Below the pieces are notes generated by a model. It was not told where the DNA came from and ran no database searches. It was given only the letters and a program-made list of their open reading frames with translations. 64,000 nt of DNA from Actibacterium ureilyticum (GTDB lineage: Bacteria > Pseudomonadota > Alphaproteobacteria > Rhodobacterales > Rhodobacteraceae), in the NCBI RefSeq assembly GCF_002285435.1, contig NZ_NSBT01000037.1:1006313-1070312 (forward strand), written 5' to 3'. A program made the position numbers and the translations under genes. Within the stretch, counting starts at the first letter, position 1, and each line of letters opens with the position of its first letter. Below are positions 32,577 through 42,177 of the stretch, piece by piece.

Positions 32577-32978
32577 CACTCCTTCATTCGTTTCGTCATC
32601 GTCGTCGCAAGATGCGATCTCCTTTGGTTTCAGGGGGTTGCGCCGTGTGGCGACAGGTGTGTGACCAAGGCGGGATTGCCATGGGCGGAAATGTGACAGG
32701 CGCCGGGGCCGCCCCACGCCAAAGCCCTGCGCGGGATGGGGGCGAGCGGGGCGCGGGCCACGGGGCGCGCCATCGGGCAAAGCCGTCAGGCGGGCCAAAG
32801 GCCGGCGGCACCATCATCCCCCGCTCCGGCTCAGGGCCAGAGCAGCGGCGGGCCGTTGCCGCGCACCCCACGGGGCGCTTGGCGCGGAACCACCCCTGCT
32901 GGGGCAACCCCGGAGCCCGAATTTTGAACCGTTTGCGTACGGTCCGGCTTAAAAGGCCGGTGCTGCTGTCGCAGCGAA

Positions 32979-33052
32979 GTGCAAAGACGGGAGTCGAACC
33001 CGTGACAAATCGAGCCTGAATCGATTGCTCTACCAGACTGAGCTACGTTGCG
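32979..33052 (-). tRNA. Atypical tRNA-like gene: class-I cloverleaf with anticodon CAG (Leu codon CUG) but no long variable arm; two acceptor-stem mismatches; possible pseudo or unusual tRNA
   Basis: D-arm GCTC/GAGC, anticodon stem ATCGA/TCGAT with loop TTCAGGC, T-arm ACGGG-TTCGACT-CCCGT. Acceptor CGCAACG vs CTTTGCA. No encoded CCA. Overlaps the next tRNA by 2 nt. Confidence 0.45.
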
Positions 33053-33123
33053 GTTTTGGAAGGACTCGAACCTTCGCCCACAGACCCAAAATCTGTTGCT
33101 CTATCCAACTGAGCTACAAAACA
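33051..33123 (-). tRNA. tRNA-Gln (anticodon TTG), no encoded CCA, U1.C72 terminal mismatch
   Basis: D-arm GCTC/GAGC, anticodon stem ACAGA/TCTGT with loop TTTTGGG, T-arm GAAGG-TTCGAGT-CCTTC, acceptor TGTTTTG/CAAAACC. Confidence 0.65.
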
Positions 33124-33334
33124 CCCGAACAGATCGAAACCGGCCCAGGCATACGGGGCTGGCAGCGCCGCCCGCACCGGCAGAGTGATCACCTCTGGCC
33201 GCTTGGGTCCGGTCCGTTTCGGCCGGGGCTGCTGAATACGGCGGGTGCGGGGATTCGTTCAACCAAACGGTTAAGCGTCAAATCGGCCTGTGGCGCGGGC
33301 GCAACAAAATTACCCACCTACGCAACAATCGAAA

Positions 33335-33366
33335 AGGGCGGCCCACCGGACCGCCCCCTGTCGCAC
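33335..33366 (-). terminator. Rho-independent terminator after trpB
   Basis: The minus strand reads gggggcggtccggtgggccgccc followed by ttttcgattgtt. Confidence 0.65.
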
Positions 33367-33396
33367 ACCGTCAGCGGCGTTTCATTTGCGAAAATT

Positions 33397-34662
33397 TCAC
33401 TCGAACACGCGGCCTTCGGGACCGGACATGTCAAAGCCCAGATGGCGGGCCACGGTGAAGATGTCCTTGTCGCCCCGGCCACACATGTTCATCACGATGA
33501 TATGGTCGGCGGGCAGGTCCGGCGCGATCTTGGTAACATGGGCCAGCGCGTGACAGGGTTCCAGCGCGGGGATGATCCCCTCGGTCTTGCACGACAGCTG
33601 GAACGCCTCCAGCGCCTCGGCATCGGTGATCGAGACATATTCGGCCCGCCCGGTATCGTGCAGCCAGGAATGTTCCGGCCCGATCCCGGGATAGTCCAGC
33701 CCGGCCGAGATCGAATAACCCTCCAGGATCTGACCATCGTCGTCCTGCAACAGATATGTCCGGTTGCCGTGCAGCACGCCAGGCCGCCCCCCGGTCAGGC
33801 TGGCGCAATGTTCCATCTTTTCGTTGACGCCCTTGCCGCCGGCCTCGACCCCGATGATGCGCACATCCTTGTCGTCCAGGAACGGATAGAACAGGCCCAT
33901 GGCGTTCGACCCGCCCCCGATGGCGGCGATCACGGTATCGGGCAGGCGCCCCTCGCCCTCTTGCTCGGCCAGTTGCCAGCGGACTTCCTTGCCGATGATC
34001 GACTGGAAATCGCGCACCATCGCCGGATAGGGATGCGGCCCCGCAACCGTGCCAATGCAGTAAAACGTCTCACGCACATTGGTCACCCAGTCGCGCAACG
34101 CGTCGTTCATCGCGTCCTTCAGCGTGCCGCGACCGGATGTGACCGGCACGACCTCGGCCCCCAGCAGGCGCATCCGGAACACGTTCGGGGCCTGACGTTC
34201 CACGTCATGCGCGCCCATATAGACCACGCATTTCAGCCCGAACTTGGCGCAGACCGTAGCCGTCGCAACACCGTGCTGACCGGCGCCGGTTTCGGCGATG
34301 ATCCGGGTCTTGCCCATGCGCCGCGCCAACAGGATCTGGCCCAGCACGTTGTTGATCTTGTGCGCGCCGGTGTGGTTCAGTTCGTCGCGCTTCAGGTAAA
34401 TCTTGGCGCCGCCCAGATGGGCGGTCAGACCTTCGGCGTAATAAAGCGGGCTGGGACGGCCGACATAGTGTTTCCACAGGTCGTTCATCTGATCCCAGAA
34501 GCTCTGGTCGGTCTTGGCCTTCTCGTATTCCTCTTCCAGGCTCAGGATCAGCGGCATCAGGGTTTCGCTGACAAAACGCCCGCCGAAATCACCGAAGCGG
34601 CCCTTTTCATCGGGGCCATTCATGAAGCTGTTGAAAAGATCGTCGGCCATCAAGGTCTCCAT
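33397..34662 (-). CDS. trpB: Tryptophan synthase beta chain
   Basis: 421 aa from METLMADD behind an AGAAGGA RBS; [12 protein letters not shown]-lysine motif and a GGGSNA loop. Confidence 0.95.
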   Translation of the reverse strand: METLMADDLFNSFMNGPDEKGRFGDFGGRFVSETLMPLILSLEEEYEKAKTDQSFWDQMNDLWKHYVGRPSPLYYAEGLTAHLGGAKIYLKRDELNHTGAHKINNVLGQILLARRMGKTRIIAETGAGQHGVATATVCAKFGLKCVVYMGAHDVERQAPNVFRMRLLGAEVVPVTSGRGTLKDAMNDALRDWVTNVRETFYCIGTVAGPHPYPAMVRDFQSIIGKEVRWQLAEQEGEGRLPDTVIAAIGGGSNAMGLFYPFLDDKDVRIIGVEAGGKGVNEKMEHCASLTGGRPGVLHGNRTYLLQDDDGQILEGYSISAGLDYPGIGPEHSWLHDTGRAEYVSITDAEALEAFQLSCKTEGIIPALEPCHALAHVTKIAPDLPADHIIVMNMCGRGDKDIFTVARHLGFDMSGPEGRVFE

Positions 34663-34726
34663 TCGCGTCCCTGTCCTTCTTAGGATCAGAACGCCGGTTG
34701 TGCCATGCGAAAATGCGGCGCGGGCG

Positions 34727-35401
34727 TCACCGCAGCGACGGCACCGCCAGTTCGCCGCCCTGCGCGGCGGTGACAAAGGCGCGGATGCGGTCGGGATCCT
34801 TGACCCCCGGCGCGCTTTCGACGCCGGACGACACATCGACCTGCCGCGCCCCGGTCAGGCGCACGGCCTCGGCCACGTTATCGGCGGTCAGCCCACCGGC
34901 CAGCATCCAGGGCCGGGTCCAGTATTTGCGCCCCGCCAGCAGCCGCCAGTCAAAGGCCAGCCCGTTCCCCCCCGGAAGCGTCGCGTCCTTCGGCGGCTTG
35001 GCATCGATCAAAAGCTGATCGGCAACGGCGGCATAGGTGTCGATCTGATCCAGATCGACGGCATCGGCGATCCCGATCGCCTTCATCACCGGCAGGCCAT
35101 AGCGCGCCCGGATCTCGGCCACCCGCGCGGGGCTTTCGTGGCCGTGCAGCTGGAGCATGTCGAGCGGAACCCGCTCAAGAAGCTGATCCAGAAACACGTC
35201 ATCGGCATCCACCGTCAGCGCGACCTTGGCCACGCCGGGCGGCACCTCGGCGGCCAGGGCGGCGGCCTGTTCCGGCGCGATATGGCGCGGTGACTTGGGA
35301 AAGAATACGAACCCGACATAGGCCGCACCGGCATCCACCGCCGCCGCAACCTGGGCCGCATCCCGCAGCCCGCAGATTTTCACACGAATTCCCGAGGTCA
35401 T
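34727..35401 (-). CDS. trpF: Phosphoribosylanthranilate isomerase
   Basis: 224 aa starting VKICGL, TIM-barrel PRAI. Confidence 0.9.
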   Translation of the reverse strand: MTSGIRVKICGLRDAAQVAAAVDAGAAYVGFVFFPKSPRHIAPEQAAALAAEVPPGVAKVALTVDADDVFLDQLLERVPLDMLQLHGHESPARVAEIRARYGLPVMKAIGIADAVDLDQIDTYAAVADQLLIDAKPPKDATLPGGNGLAFDWRLLAGRKYWTRPWMLAGGLTADNVAEAVRLTGARQVDVSSGVESAPGVKDPDRIRAFVTAAQGGELAVPSLR

Positions 35402-35410
35402 GGCCGGAGT

Positions 35411-35776
35411 TTACCCCGCCGCCTTGCCATCCTCAAGCAGGGCCAGCACCTCGTCCTTGCCTTCGGCCTTGGCCTCGCGCCGTTTCAGGCGGTTGACCTC
35501 GCGCTCCAGCTTGACCGCGTCGCGCTTGGCGCGGCTGGCCTCGGTCCGGTGCTTGCCCTCGCGCAGCCATTCCCAGACAAAGCCCAGCAGCAGCCCGACA
35601 ATGATGCTGCCGAAGACCACCAGGAACAGCGGCATCTGGATCGACCACGAGAACCGCGCGAATGCCGCCAGATCGTCGGGCAGAAGTGTCAGCGTGACAA
35701 GCTGACGGTTGGCCAGCGCCACGGTGATCAGGCAAATGCCCAGAACAAGAAGGAAAAGATAGCGCAGATACCGCAT
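35411..35776 (-). CDS. lapA: LapA/DUF1049 family inner-membrane protein
   Basis: 121 aa with two TM helices and a C-terminal coiled coil; conserved position downstream of ihfB. Confidence 0.7.
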   Translation of the reverse strand: MRYLRYLFLLVLGICLITVALANRQLVTLTLLPDDLAAFARFSWSIQMPLFLVVFGSIIVGLLLGFVWEWLREGKHRTEASRAKRDAVKLEREVNRLKRREAKAEGKDEVLALLEDGKAAG

Positions 35777-35791
35777 GATCGCCCCGATTGG

Positions 35792-36073
35792 TTACTTGCC
35801 GTTCAACCGATCCCTTAGAAGCTTCCCGGTCTTGAAGAAAGGCACATATTTCTCTTCGACCGCTACGCTTTCGCCCGTGCGCGGATTGCGGCCGGTGCGC
35901 GCGTCGCGCTTCTTGACCGAAAACGCGCCGAACCCGCGCAGCTCGACCCGGTCGCCCGCGGACATCGCTTCGATGATCTCTTCGAAGATGGTGTTCACGA
36001 TCCGCTCGACATCGCGCTGATACAGATGCGGGTTCTCATCTGCTATTTTCTGGATAAGTTCTGACCGGATCAT
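35792..36073 (-). CDS. ihfB: Integration host factor subunit beta
   Basis: 93 aa from [11 protein letters not shown]...[13 protein letters not shown] fold. Confidence 0.9.
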   Translation of the reverse strand: MIRSELIQKIADENPHLYQRDVERIVNTIFEEIIEAMSAGDRVELRGFGAFSVKKRDARTGRNPRTGESVAVEEKYVPFFKTGKLLRDRLNGK

Positions 36074-36317
36074 ACTGAAATCTATCCCCCCATCGAACGC
36101 TTCGACTGAAACCCAATTTTCATCATGGGCTTGATCGACTATAGGCGCGTTTTTCGAAGTGAGAAACAGAAAGCCTTTGAAAAACGGGGGAAAACTGCGA
36201 CTTTGGCAGTATTGAACCGCGTAAAATGCGTGCCGTTGCGGGCCAAAAGAGGATTTCCGCATCGCTGCATGAAACGCCGCGCTGCGGCATCAGGATTTGA
36301 TTCGCTGGTCAAACAAA

Positions 36318-36350
36318 CGGCCCCGCCGAAACCGGCGGGGCCGCGAACCC
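36318..36350 (-). terminator. Rho-independent terminator after rpsA
   Basis: The minus strand reads ggccccgccggtttcggcggggcc followed by gtttgtttg. Confidence 0.7.
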
Positions 36351-36368
36351 GATAACGGGTCGGTGTCG

Positions 36369-38048
36369 TTATTCGTCGCCTTTCAGCGCCGCGCCCAGGA
36401 TATCGCCCAGCGATGCACCCGAGTCCGACGAGCCGTACTGTTCCACGGCCTCTTTCTCTTCGGCGATCTCGCGCGCCTTGATCGACAGGCCCAGACGGCG
36501 GGTCTTGGCGTCGACATTGGTGATGCGCACATCGACCTTGTCGCCGACCTGGAAGCGCTCGGGGCGCTGCTCGGCACGGTCACGGCTCAGGTCCGAACGG
36601 CGGATGAAGGACTTCATGCCTTCGTATTCCACCTCGATGCCGCCATCTTCGATCGCGGTCACTTCAACGGTGATGATCGAGCCGCGCTTGATGCCACCAG
36701 TGGCTTCAGCGAACTTGTCACCGCCCAGCGCCTTGACGCTCAGGCTGATGCGTTCCTTGTCGATATCGACCTCGGTCACGACCGCCTTGACGACATCGCC
36801 CTTGCGATAGTTCTGGATCGCATCCTCGCCACGCTCGTCCCAGGACAGATCGGACAGGTGCACCATGCCGTCGATGTCGTTGTCCAGGCCGATGAACAGA
36901 CCGAATTCGGTGATGTTCTTGACCTCGCCCTCGACCTCGGTTCCGACCGGGTGAGTGTCGGCGAAGTTTTCCCACGGGTTGCGCATGGTCTGTTTGAGAC
37001 CCAGCGAAACGCGACGCTTGGCTTCGTCGATCTCCAGCACCATGACTTCGACTTCCTGCGAGGTCGAAACGATCTTGCCGGGGTGGACGTTCTTCTTGGT
37101 CCACGACATTTCGGACACGTGCACCAGACCCTCGACACCGGGCTCCAGCTCGACGAACGCACCGTAGTCGGTGATGTTCGTGACGCGGCCGGTATGCACC
37201 GAATCCAGCGGGTACTTGGCGGTGACCGAATCCCACGGATCGTCCTGCAGCTGTTTCATGCCCAGGCTGATGCGGTGGGTTTCCTTGTTGATCTTGATGA
37301 CCTGGACTTTCACGGTCTCGCCGATCGACAGGATCTCGGACGGGTGGTTCACACGGCGCCATGCCATGTCGGTGACGTGCAGCAGGCCGTCAACGCCACC
37401 CAGATCCACGAAGGCACCGTATTCGGTGATGTTCTTGACGACACCATCCACGGCCTGGCCTTCGGTCAGGTTGCCGATAACCTCGGCGCGCTGTTCGGCA
37501 CGGCTTTCTTCCAGGATCGCGCGGCGCGAGACAACGATGTTACCACGGCGACGGTCCATTTTCAGGATCTGGAAGGGCTGCTTCAGACCCATCAGCGGGC
37601 CGGCATCGCGCACGGGGCGCACATCGACCTGGCTGCCGGGCAGGAAGGCCACGGCGCCGCCCAGATCGACGGTAAAGCCGCCCTTGACGCGACCGAAGAT
37701 CGCGCCTTCGACGCGGGCGTCGTCGGCATAGGCTTTTTCCAGGCGATCCCAGGCTTCCTCGCGGCGGGCCTTGTCACGGCTGATGACGGCTTCGCCACGG
37801 GCGTTTTCCACGCGGTCCAGGAACACTTCCACCTCGTCGCCAACAGCGATCTCGGGGGCTTCACCGGGGTTTGCGAATTCTTTCAGATCGACACGGCCTT
37901 CCATCTTGTAGCCGACGTCGATGATGGCCTGACCTGCTTCGACAGCGATCACACGGCCTTTGACAACGGACCCCTCGTTGGGCGTGTCAATTTCGAAGCT
38001 TTCTTGCAGGAGGGCTTCGAATTCCTCCATCGATGCGTTTTGAGCCAT
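36369..38048 (-). CDS. rpsA: 30S ribosomal protein S1
   Basis: 560 aa from MAQNASMEEFE with six S1 domains. The upstream extension of ORF 36369..38135 is not coding. Confidence 0.95.
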   Translation of the reverse strand: MAQNASMEEFEALLQESFEIDTPNEGSVVKGRVIAVEAGQAIIDVGYKMEGRVDLKEFANPGEAPEIAVGDEVEVFLDRVENARGEAVISRDKARREEAWDRLEKAYADDARVEGAIFGRVKGGFTVDLGGAVAFLPGSQVDVRPVRDAGPLMGLKQPFQILKMDRRRGNIVVSRRAILEESRAEQRAEVIGNLTEGQAVDGVVKNITEYGAFVDLGGVDGLLHVTDMAWRRVNHPSEILSIGETVKVQVIKINKETHRISLGMKQLQDDPWDSVTAKYPLDSVHTGRVTNITDYGAFVELEPGVEGLVHVSEMSWTKKNVHPGKIVSTSQEVEVMVLEIDEAKRRVSLGLKQTMRNPWENFADTHPVGTEVEGEVKNITEFGLFIGLDNDIDGMVHLSDLSWDERGEDAIQNYRKGDVVKAVVTEVDIDKERISLSVKALGGDKFAEATGGIKRGSIITVEVTAIEDGGIEVEYEGMKSFIRRSDLSRDRAEQRPERFQVGDKVDVRITNVDAKTRRLGLSIKAREIAEEKEAVEQYGSSDSGASLGDILGAALKGDE

Positions 38049-38244
38049 TAGGTCTCGGTTTCCTTTTACATTTGTTTCTGGCCGTGCGGTTGTCTCCGCC
38101 GGTCTTGGGTTTGGTCCTGACGCGCCATAAAACAAAGAGGGCCGGCATTCCCGACCCTGCTCGTCTGTTGTTTTATGGCATATGCGCCTTGTCGACGGGC
38201 GCCTCTATAGCCAGTTTGCCCCAAGCCTGCAAGGGGTTTGCGCC

Positions 38245-38841
38245 CTAATCGCAGATCACGCGCCGGATCTGCAGATCCCAGCCGCCCGGCGGCAGGGGGC
38301 GTTCGGACAGGCCGCGCGCGGACGGGCGCGGTTCGAAACCCGGCTCGGGGTCCGGGACAGGCTCCAGCGCGATGCGCTGACAGACCGACTGCCCGTGCAA
38401 TGTCACATCGAAACCGTCACCCTCCGCATCCGGGATCAGCCCGACCACATGCCCCGCCTTGCGCGCCACCCCCTCGATCGCGAAGTCCAGCGGCGGGTCG
38501 ATCTGCAACCGCCCCGCCCCCTCGCCCGGGGTAAATCCGCGTTCTTCACCCTGCCAGTCCTGGCCATAGGCCAGATCGACCACATAGCGCCCGTTGGGCA
38601 CCAGCACCCGAAAGAACCGCCCGCCCTCGATCCCCGCGGCCAGAACCGGTGCGGTGGTCTCGGCATCCAGCAGTTGCAGGTAAAACCACATCCCCGGCGG
38701 CGTCTTCACCACCAGCGGGAACTGCGCCGACAGCGGCGAGTCGCGCCACAGCAACCCATGCGTCAGTTGCGCAGCGGCCCCCTGCCCCGCACCGGCCAGC
38801 ATAAATATGGAAAGCAAAACGGCCGTCAGACAGCGGATCAT
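38245..38841 (-). CDS. Hypothetical secreted protein (signal peptide; Pro/Glu-rich C-terminus)
   Basis: MIRCLTAVLLSIFMLAGAGQGAAA signal; 198 aa; lies between rpsA and cmk, which are usually adjacent. Confidence 0.55.
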   Translation of the reverse strand: MIRCLTAVLLSIFMLAGAGQGAAAQLTHGLLWRDSPLSAQFPLVVKTPPGMWFYLQLLDAETTAPVLAAGIEGGRFFRVLVPNGRYVVDLAYGQDWQGEERGFTPGEGAGRLQIDPPLDFAIEGVARKAGHVVGLIPDAEGDGFDVTLHGQSVCQRIALEPVPDPEPGFEPRPSARGLSERPLPPGGWDLQIRRVICD

Positions 38842-38895
38842 CGCACACCTCTGCCCCCTAGATGGGGCCGGCGCGCGGGCTTTCCAGCGCGGCGC

Positions 38896-39504
38896 TCAGT
38901 CGCGGCGCGCCTCGATCACCGCAACGGCACGGGCCACGGCGGCTTCGATCGACATGTCCGACGTGTCGATGATCACCGCATCCTCGGCGGGTTTCAGCGG
39001 CGCGTCGCTGCGGCCCATATCGCGGGCATCGCGTTCGCGCACATCGGCCAGCACCTGCTCGCGGCTGACCAGCAGACCCTTGGCCTCCAGCTCCAGATAC
39101 CGGCGTTCGGCGCGCACCTCGGCGCTGGCGGTGACGTAAAGCTTCACCTCGGCCTCGGGGCAGATCACCGTGCCGATATCGCGCCCGTCCAGAACCGCGC
39201 CCCCGGCCCGCCGGGCAAAGGCGCGCTGGAAATCGATCAGCGCCGCGCGCACCTGCGGGATCGCGGCAACCTTGCTGGCGGCTTGTGCCACGGCGGGCGT
39301 GCGCAGCGCATCGCTTTCCAGGTCTTCGGCCACCAGCGCCTGCGCCGCCTCGACCGCCGGGGTGCCGTCCAACGTGTGTGCCCCGACGGCGCGATAAAGC
39401 AGCCCGGTATCCAGATGCCCGAACGCGAAATGCGCGGCCACCGCCCTGGATATGGTGCCCTTGCCCGCTGCGGCCGGGCCGTCGATTGCAACCGTAAAGC
39501 TCAT
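38896..39504 (-). CDS. cmk: Cytidylate kinase
   Basis: [12 protein letters not shown]-loop and an NMP-binding domain. Confidence 0.9.
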   Translation of the reverse strand: MSFTVAIDGPAAAGKGTISRAVAAHFAFGHLDTGLLYRAVGAHTLDGTPAVEAAQALVAEDLESDALRTPAVAQAASKVAAIPQVRAALIDFQRAFARRAGGAVLDGRDIGTVICPEAEVKLYVTASAEVRAERRYLELEAKGLLVSREQVLADVRERDARDMGRSDAPLKPAEDAVIIDTSDMSIEAAVARAVAVIEARRD

Positions 39505-39902
39505 GTCACCTGCGTCGTCAGTTCCGGATCGTCACCAGCGGATTGCGGCAACCCATCGGCAATTTCATAGTAATCGCCCTTGTCGGCGCAAAAGATATGG
39601 CCCTTCAGGGTTAATCCGGTCGGCGCGTCCAGCGTACCGGCAAATATCGACAGGTGGCTGCCCGGCCCGTCCCAGAACAGGTTCGATCCGCAGTTCGGGC
39701 AAAAGCCGCGCCGTGCACCGTCGGACGATGCATACCAGCGCAGCGCGCCGTCGATCTCGATCCGGTCCCGCGCGACCGAGGTCGCGGCGACATGGTGCCC
39801 GGATGTCTTGCGGCACTGGGTGCAGTGGCACGCGATCACCGGCCTGAGCGGCCCATCGACGCGATACCTCACCGCGCCACACAGGCACCCGCCGGTTCTC
39901 AT
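39501..39902 (-). CDS. GFA (CENP-V/glutathione-dependent formaldehyde-activating) family protein
   Basis: 133 aa with CLCGAVRY...CHCTQCRK...CPNCGS zinc-binding cysteine pattern; stop overlaps the cmk start (ATGA). Confidence 0.75.
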   Translation of the reverse strand: MRTGGCLCGAVRYRVDGPLRPVIACHCTQCRKTSGHHVAATSVARDRIEIDGALRWYASSDGARRGFCPNCGSNLFWDGPGSHLSIFAGTLDAPTGLTLKGHIFCADKGDYYEIADGLPQSAGDDPELTTQVT

Positions 39903-41251
39903 GCCTTGGTCCGCTGAAGCTGCGCGCCCAGCGTTTCCATCAGCGGCTCGAAAATCGGGAAGGATGTCGCAATCGGCCCCGCATCATCGACCGAAACCGG
40001 CTGCTGCGCCGCCATGCCCGCGCACAGGAACGACATGGCGATCCGGTGATCCAGCCGCGCCTGGGCAACGGCCCCGCCGGGCAATCCGCCCGGCCCCATG
40101 CCGTGCACGATCAGCGTGTCCTCGTCCTCTTCGATGCGGGCGCCATTGGCCTCCAGCCCGCGGGCCATCGCGTCGATCCGGTCGGATTCCTTCACCCGCA
40201 GCTCTTTTACCCCGCGCATGATGGTCTGGCCCGCGGCGAAACAGGCCACGACCGACAGGATCGGATATTCGTCGATCATCGAAGGCGCGCGTTCGGGCGG
40301 CACCTCGATCCCCTTCATGTCGGGCGAAAAGCGCGCGCGCAGGTCGGCCACCGGCTCGCCCCCCTCTTCGCGCGGGTTCTCGAAGGTCAGGTCGGCGCCC
40401 ATTTCCTGCAACGTGGTGAACAGCCCCGCGCGCGTCGGGTTCAGCCCGATATTGGGCACCAACACGTCCGAACCTTCAACGATCAGCGCCGCACAGACCG
40501 GAAACGCCGCGCTGGACGGATCGCGTGGCACCACGATGGTCTGCGGCGTCAGCTCTGGCTGCCCGGTCAGGGTAATGACCCGACCCTCATCTGTCTCCTC
40601 GACCGTGATCTCGGCCCCGAAACCTGCCAGCATCCGCTCGGTATGATCGCGGGTCGCTTCCTTTTCGATCACCACGGTCTGGCCCGGCGCGTTAAGCCCC
40701 GCCAGCAACACCGCCGATTTCACCTGGGCCGAGGGCATCGGCACGGTATAGCGCACCGGCACCGGATCGGCCGCGCCCACGATGGTCATGGGCAAACGCC
40801 CACCCTGACGGCCGTGGGACTGCGCGCCGAACAGCGCGATGGGATCGGTGATCCGCCCCATCGGGCGCCCGCGCAAGGACGCATCGCCGGTAAAGGTCGC
40901 GGTGATGGGCGATGTGGCCATCGCCCCCATGATCAGCCGCACCCCGGTGCCCGAATTGCCGCAGTCGATCACATCCTCGGGCTCGGCAAAACCACCCACA
41001 CCCACGCCATTCACGGTCCATTCACCCGCGCCATGATGCGTGACCTCGGCCCCGAAGGCGCGCATCGCCTTGGCGGTGTCCAGCACGTCCTGCCCTTCCA
41101 GCAGCCCCGAGATCCGCGTCTCGCCCACCGACAGCGCGCCCAGGATCAGCGACCGGTGACTGATCGACTTGTCGCCCGGCACCTCGGCCACGCCGGTCAG
41201 CGGCCCCGCGCGGCGGGCTGTCATTGGAATCGGATCACCGTGGCCGGACAT
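39899..41251 (-). CDS. aroA: 3-phosphoshikimate 1-carboxyvinyltransferase (EPSP synthase)
   Basis: 450 aa with LGNSGT-like and EPSPS fold motifs throughout. Confidence 0.9.
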   Translation of the reverse strand: MSGHGDPIPMTARRAGPLTGVAEVPGDKSISHRSLILGALSVGETRISGLLEGQDVLDTAKAMRAFGAEVTHHGAGEWTVNGVGVGGFAEPEDVIDCGNSGTGVRLIMGAMATSPITATFTGDASLRGRPMGRITDPIALFGAQSHGRQGGRLPMTIVGAADPVPVRYTVPMPSAQVKSAVLLAGLNAPGQTVVIEKEATRDHTERMLAGFGAEITVEETDEGRVITLTGQPELTPQTIVVPRDPSSAAFPVCAALIVEGSDVLVPNIGLNPTRAGLFTTLQEMGADLTFENPREEGGEPVADLRARFSPDMKGIEVPPERAPSMIDEYPILSVVACFAAGQTIMRGVKELRVKESDRIDAMARGLEANGARIEEDEDTLIVHGMGPGGLPGGAVAQARLDHRIAMSFLCAGMAAQQPVSVDDAGPIATSFPIFEPLMETLGAQLQRTKA

Positions 41252-41365
41252 GCGTCACTCTCCCTCAAAGCTTTGCCCGCCTGATAGCGCAGCGAAACGG
41301 GGCCGTCCATGCGCGACCGCCCCCTTCATTGCTCGAAAAATACTCCCGCCGGAGGCGTCCCGCCC

Positions 41366-42121
41366 TCACCGCCGCCGGAACGTCAGGTAATGCGGCACCC
41401 GCCCCTCGCGCAGGGCCTTCTGTTCATACCGGGTCGAGATCCAGTCGCCCCAGGGCTGCCGCCAGTCATCGGGGCGCTCTGCCAGCCAGTCGAACCCGTG
41501 ACGCGGTACCTGTTCCAGCGTCTGGCGCACATAATCGGGAATGTCGGTCGCCACGCGAAAGATCGCGCCGGGTTTCAACACCCGGTGCAGCGGCGCCAGA
41601 TATTCCGGCGTCACGAAACGCCGCCGGTGATGGCGCTTCTTTGGCCAGGGATCGGGATAAAGCAGGAACGCCCGGGCAATCGAGGCATCGGGCAACACAT
41701 CGAACATGTCGCGCACATCGCCGGGATGCACGGCCACATTGTCCGTGCCCGCATCGCGGATCTTGCCCAGCAGCATCGCCACACCGTTGATGAAAGGCTC
41801 GCAGCCGATGATCCCCACATCGGGGTTCTGCGCGGCCTGATGCACCATATGCTCGCCACCGCCAAAGCCGATTTCCAGCCACACATCCCGCTCGCCGAAC
41901 AGCGCCGACAGGTCGATGGGGGTGCGATCTGGGTTTTCTTCCCACCCGACCGGGCCGGGGGACAGGGCCGCCAGGTCCTGGTCCAGGTATTCCTTCTGGC
42001 TGTCGCGCAGGGTCTTGCCCTTGAAACGACCATAGAAGTTGCGCCACGGGGCGCCCGAGGGATGCTTGCCATTGCTCATGGCCGCGCGGTTTAGCGCCCA
42101 TTGGCCCCCGGCACAATCCAT
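41366..42121 (-). CDS. trmB: tRNA (guanine46-N7)-methyltransferase
   Basis: TrmB SAM-MTase motifs (LEIGFGGGEH, YPDPWPKKRHHRRR). Start either 42121 (GAAGG RBS) or 42079. Confidence 0.85.
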   Translation of the reverse strand: MDCAGGQWALNRAAMSNGKHPSGAPWRNFYGRFKGKTLRDSQKEYLDQDLAALSPGPVGWEENPDRTPIDLSALFGERDVWLEIGFGGGEHMVHQAAQNPDVGIIGCEPFINGVAMLLGKIRDAGTDNVAVHPGDVRDMFDVLPDASIARAFLLYPDPWPKKRHHRRRFVTPEYLAPLHRVLKPGAIFRVATDIPDYVRQTLEQVPRHGFDWLAERPDDWRQPWGDWISTRYEQKALREGRVPHYLTFRRR

Positions 42122-42177
42122 CAGCGCGGGCCTTCAGCGCGGGCGCGCCGCCGAAACACGCGCCCGCAGATCAGCGA

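Noticed and set aside
31383-32696. 437-aa + ORF opposite the slipin gene
   Set aside because: Antisense artefact. The slipin frame has a perfect RBS and band-7 motifs.
33025-34683. 552-aa + ORF opposite trpB
   Set aside because: Antisense to an unambiguous trpB.
36297-38051. 584-aa + ORF opposite rpsA
   Set aside because: Antisense to ribosomal protein S1.
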